Positions 51,865 to 64,000 of a stretch of DNA of 64,000 nucleotides are shown here, piece by piece. This stretch comes from Orbicella franksi. Taxonomy: Eukaryota. The position numbers and the translations under genes are program-made. Location of the stretch: contig OZ116703.1 in assembly GCA_964199315.1 (NCBI GenBank), positions 5,642,001 to 5,706,000 of the forward strand, read 5' to 3'. How positions within the stretch are numbered: position 1 is the first letter of the stretch; each line of letters starts with the position of its first letter. A model generated the notes under the pieces. That model was not told the origin of the DNA and made no database searches. It saw only the letters and a list, made by a program, of their open reading frames with translations.

Positions 51865-52260
51865 CCCGTGTCAGGAAGGAAGTCTCGTGAGAGGAAAGGA
51901 AGGTGAAACGGAACCGAAATTTCTATGTGCGCAGGGGAGGGGTGGAGGGTAATGACTTTCTGGAAGGATAGAATATATTTTCTCTGCTCTTTTCATTTGG
52001 AACTAAACTAGCGTAAAGAAAATATCTAAATCCTATGTTTTTCTCTAGTGGGTGTTGAATACATCATTCCCTATTTATAAAATTTTGTATTTCAGAAATG
52101 ATATAAATCCTACTCTCCCCTCGCCAATCAACCGATTCCCGGTGAGTAGCCTCGCTTTCAAGTTTCCGCCTTTCCGCTTTTTAATGGAAAGTTGACAATT
52201 TCCCCACCCCTCCCCTACTCAAAAATTTGTCAATGTAAGGACGCCGCCATCTTGAAAGCG
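51865..52260. promoter_or_regulatory. Shared bidirectional promoter region of CNDP2 and ZC3H11A
   Basis: Divergent genes; CpG-rich; YY1-consensus CCGCCATCTT at 52244-52253, a CCAAT near 52121, GGAAG tracts near 51875-51905. Confidence 0.55.
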
Positions 52261-55200
52261 TGGGGTAAATGGTCGAAAGATAAAGCAAGATTTTTTCAGG
52301 ATCCCAGCGTCCAGAAGCCATCCGTTCAAGTCTCCACGGAAGAATTCGAAGTAACCAACCTTTTTTATGTGTTTTTGGTTTGTTCCCTATAGGTGATTCC
52401 TGTTTGTCTGCGACTTTCCTTACATCAGCTTACATGTAGCTGAATATTTTGTCGATTGCGCGTTCGCTTGCTCATATTTTTAATGTTTTCATATTATTAA
52501 TGAATGAACAAAAAGTTTTGTTTTGAAATTTCGACGATCTTTTGGCCTTGAGTATCCATATTGGTGCTGAAATGCGCGATTTAAGGTTTAGTGTAAACTT
52601 TTCTGTGTGGATCATCTGTGCTACAGTCGCCTCACAATCAGTCGACAATTTCAGAAAAAAATTTAATTGGTCTAAGTTCCTTCTACATACAAAACATGTT
52701 CAGTTCGTCACCACGTTGGCTGCTTGCCTTTTTATTTAATTTTGTTCCTCCTTAGGATCGATGATTGTTGTGATTGTGTGTACGTTGTATATCGCTGTAG
52801 CGTGTGTACGTATCTCAACGTGGATTTCTCACGAGGAAAATTTAAGATTGAATGGTTAAAACCAGAAGGAAACTTCACCTGAGCTAACATGATTGAGTCA
52901 ATGGTAATCAATATTGGTGCAAGGAGGGCAAGATCTTGAAGATCCCCTGGTGTTTTTGGTGGTGATGGTGTTTCCCAGGACAGCCCCATCAATATGTTGT
53001 ATAGTCAAAGTTCATGCATGAAAAATGTCATTTACATATATATGTTGATCAAGAGTTCAAAGGTACCAGATCTGTGAGTTCCTTTTAAAAACAGGCAGAA
53101 AACAATTCAATTCGTGTTATGATAGAATGCCATCTGCAGATGCATTTCAGTGCTTGTAATATTGTAATTTTGTCCCATTAATTTTGTGGTACAGCTTCAC
53201 ATGTAGCAGATGTGTTCTCTGTGTTGTAACTAACGCTTTTGTTATCTTAAATATTCATTTGTACTGCTTATTTGATAGTGACAAAGAGAAATAAGAACGT
53301 TCAAGCTTCAGTTTTCCTTAATCCCTGTAGTGATACAACATGATAAAGTTGTCATTATTAGAGGGATTGTGGGAATTAACATCTTGAAGATTTTTAAAAA
53401 ATCAATAATCATTGAACATTCAGTGGCAGAAAGGTTTTGAAAAAAAATACCTAAAATAGGATTGGACCTACAGTAGATAACTTAATATCCCTGACTTATT
53501 TTACAGTGTACCGGTACTTACTAAAGTTTAGGTGTACCTGATTTGAAAAAACAAATTGATTCACTTATTATGCATGATGTACGTGGATTCATCTCTCATG
53601 TCAGTGTCTCAATGTATAGAAATTGTTTGCTGTCAGGAATGATATGATTAGAGCTTGGGGTTTACTTTTGAATAGAAATCTTTACTACACTATACCTTTC
53701 ATCGGAGCTAAACTTTTTAATGGGTATGTTATATTGGAAGTGGTCCACATATTGCATAATATGCTACTTATTCTACTAGGGGTGCTTATTGCAACAAACA
53801 AAAAAAAAAACACCTTCCATGCAGCATGTATTTGACATGGACTGCTTATAGATGGTTAGCTATAGAAAGGCCATTGCAGTGCATATAACTTACTAAATTG
53901 GCATTATTACACATGAATGTTTTCAAAGCTACATGTCAGTTACTTGTCTGTTTATGCAATTGTTTTTCAACAGTAGTCAAAAATATTTTGTGCTTTTGTG
54001 TGCTGAGGGGGCTATAAAAATGTACATGTTATATACCTAGATCACCTTACCTGTAAGATTACTTAATTGTGTATGGGGCAACAAGGTGATTCAATTTGGA
54101 ATGATCTCTGACTGTTAACGGAGGGAGATAATTAATCACGATTTTTATCATGAAGCAATCTGTGGCATTTTGAAAGTTCTTATTTAGTGGATGTGCCATG
54201 CCGACCCCCTTGTGAAATAGAAAGGAGTTGTAGGTTTTAACTAAGGATCATTTCACTGGACTCCTTGGATTGAGAGACAATTATTTTACCCTGTAATTAA
54301 ATTGAATCATGGACTTGCTTTCACCTCGCTTGGGCTATGCACTCCAAGGATACAGTTCAAGGAGTCAGAGCCGCTTCAATGGAGGATTGATTGGAAGAAT
54401 GTGTTGCCATCAGCTTGTATTTTATTAGCCAGGGCTTAAAAAGAAGACTTGTGACTTAACTTGAGAAGTGCAGAAGATCAACATTTGAAGGACAATTCAA
54501 GATCAGTGCATTCAACAATTGAATAATGTGCTTGTTTACAAGAGATCATCCCTTTGGAATTTAAGTTATTGTCATCACCCCAGCTGTAAATGACATCAAT
54601 GGGCTTTGAGCTTATGAAGTGTGAAAAATCTTACCAGTAACTGTTATTATTGGGAGCTGCTTGGGTGCACATTCTCCTGGCTACATTAGATTTGAGGTCT
54701 TCATTGTAATTAACCTGAGTTGTTGCATTCTGGATTCTTCAGTCTTCACAGGATAGCTGGGAGAATCAGGTAAGAAAAAACTAACTACGTGTATTTTACC
54801 TACTGTAACATTCTAACCGTAGTGATCTCCAACAGTAGCAACCCTCTGAAAGTAACAATACATTTGTTATAATTGTAATATTATAGTGGGAATGAGAGTA
54901 GCCAAGAGTGTAGTTTAATTTGGCTTGAAGCCCTGCCCATTCTCTCTGGGGCTCTCATTTTCCTTGGCTCCATATCATAGAAATAAGCCTTTTAAACCAA
55001 GAGGAAATGATTGGCAGGTTGTTAAAATTAAGGACTGTATCATCTCACAAGAGGCATCTTGATCAAAAACCTGGGTATCCAAAGAAAAACTATAAGAAAA
55101 CTATGAAAACTAGTTTTTGGCTCATAATAATACAATGTCTACACTTGTCTAGTAATTCAGAATCATAAGTACGTTTTTTAAAAAAAAAAAAAATATATGA

Positions 55201-55430
55201 CACATGATTCCCTATCCTATCCCAATCCTGCTTGTGATTTTAATACAGTAGGTTGAACATTTCATAAAATTCTCATATCTTTGAATGTCCCTCATGTTGT
55301 GCAGTGGTAAAACATACAGTCATGTAAGCATCATAAGCCCTGTGTTGTAAGTTGATGGCTTCTGTTTGCTTTAAATTATATTGCTGCTGACATGTTTCTT
55401 TCAGCCAAAACCAAGTGACATAGTTTAGTG

Positions 55431-63800
<8,370 letters not shown>

Positions 63801-64000
63801 GTAAAAACATTAATATGGAAACGAAATTTTAAGAGGCTAGATAGGTTTTCAGTTAAGTGTCGTAAAGCCCAAACCAAACCAGTTACTTATCAATTAGACT
63901 TCTCAGCCAATCTCAAACCGAAGTACATGTAGAACCAAAATCAAAGTAATGGTTTGATTACTTTCGACACTCAATTGAAAACTGCTTGAAGTGTATAAAT

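Noticed and set aside
52400-55400. ZBED6-like domesticated transposase in the first ZC3H11A intron
   Set aside because: No long ORF there; ZBED6 is known as specific to placental mammals.

Overview
AT-rich metazoan genomic DNA with three intron-rich genes; the repeat content and protein sequences suggest a cnidarian, probably a stony coral (inference). I rebuilt exon chains by hand from GT-AG sites and frame continuity. (1) A complete LRP5/6 Wnt co-receptor on the minus strand (25072 to 4491, 19 coding exons, 1664 aa). (2) A complete CNDP2-like M20 dipeptidase on the minus strand (ATG at 51864). It has 14 shared exons followed by two intact, diverged copies of the last three exons (36981-35388 and 33191-31143), so one gene can apparently encode two enzymes with different C-terminal active-site segments. 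This is the main finding. (3) The 5' part of a ZC3H11A-like CCCH zinc-finger gene on the plus strand, head-to-head with CNDP2 and running off the window end. Introns and intergenic DNA carry tRNA-derived SINEs, MITEs, non-autonomous DNA transposons, hairpin elements and a 20-bp minisatellite. No rRNA, true tRNA or CRISPR features. Coordinates are hand-counted; repeat boundaries are approximate and TE superfamily names are inferences.
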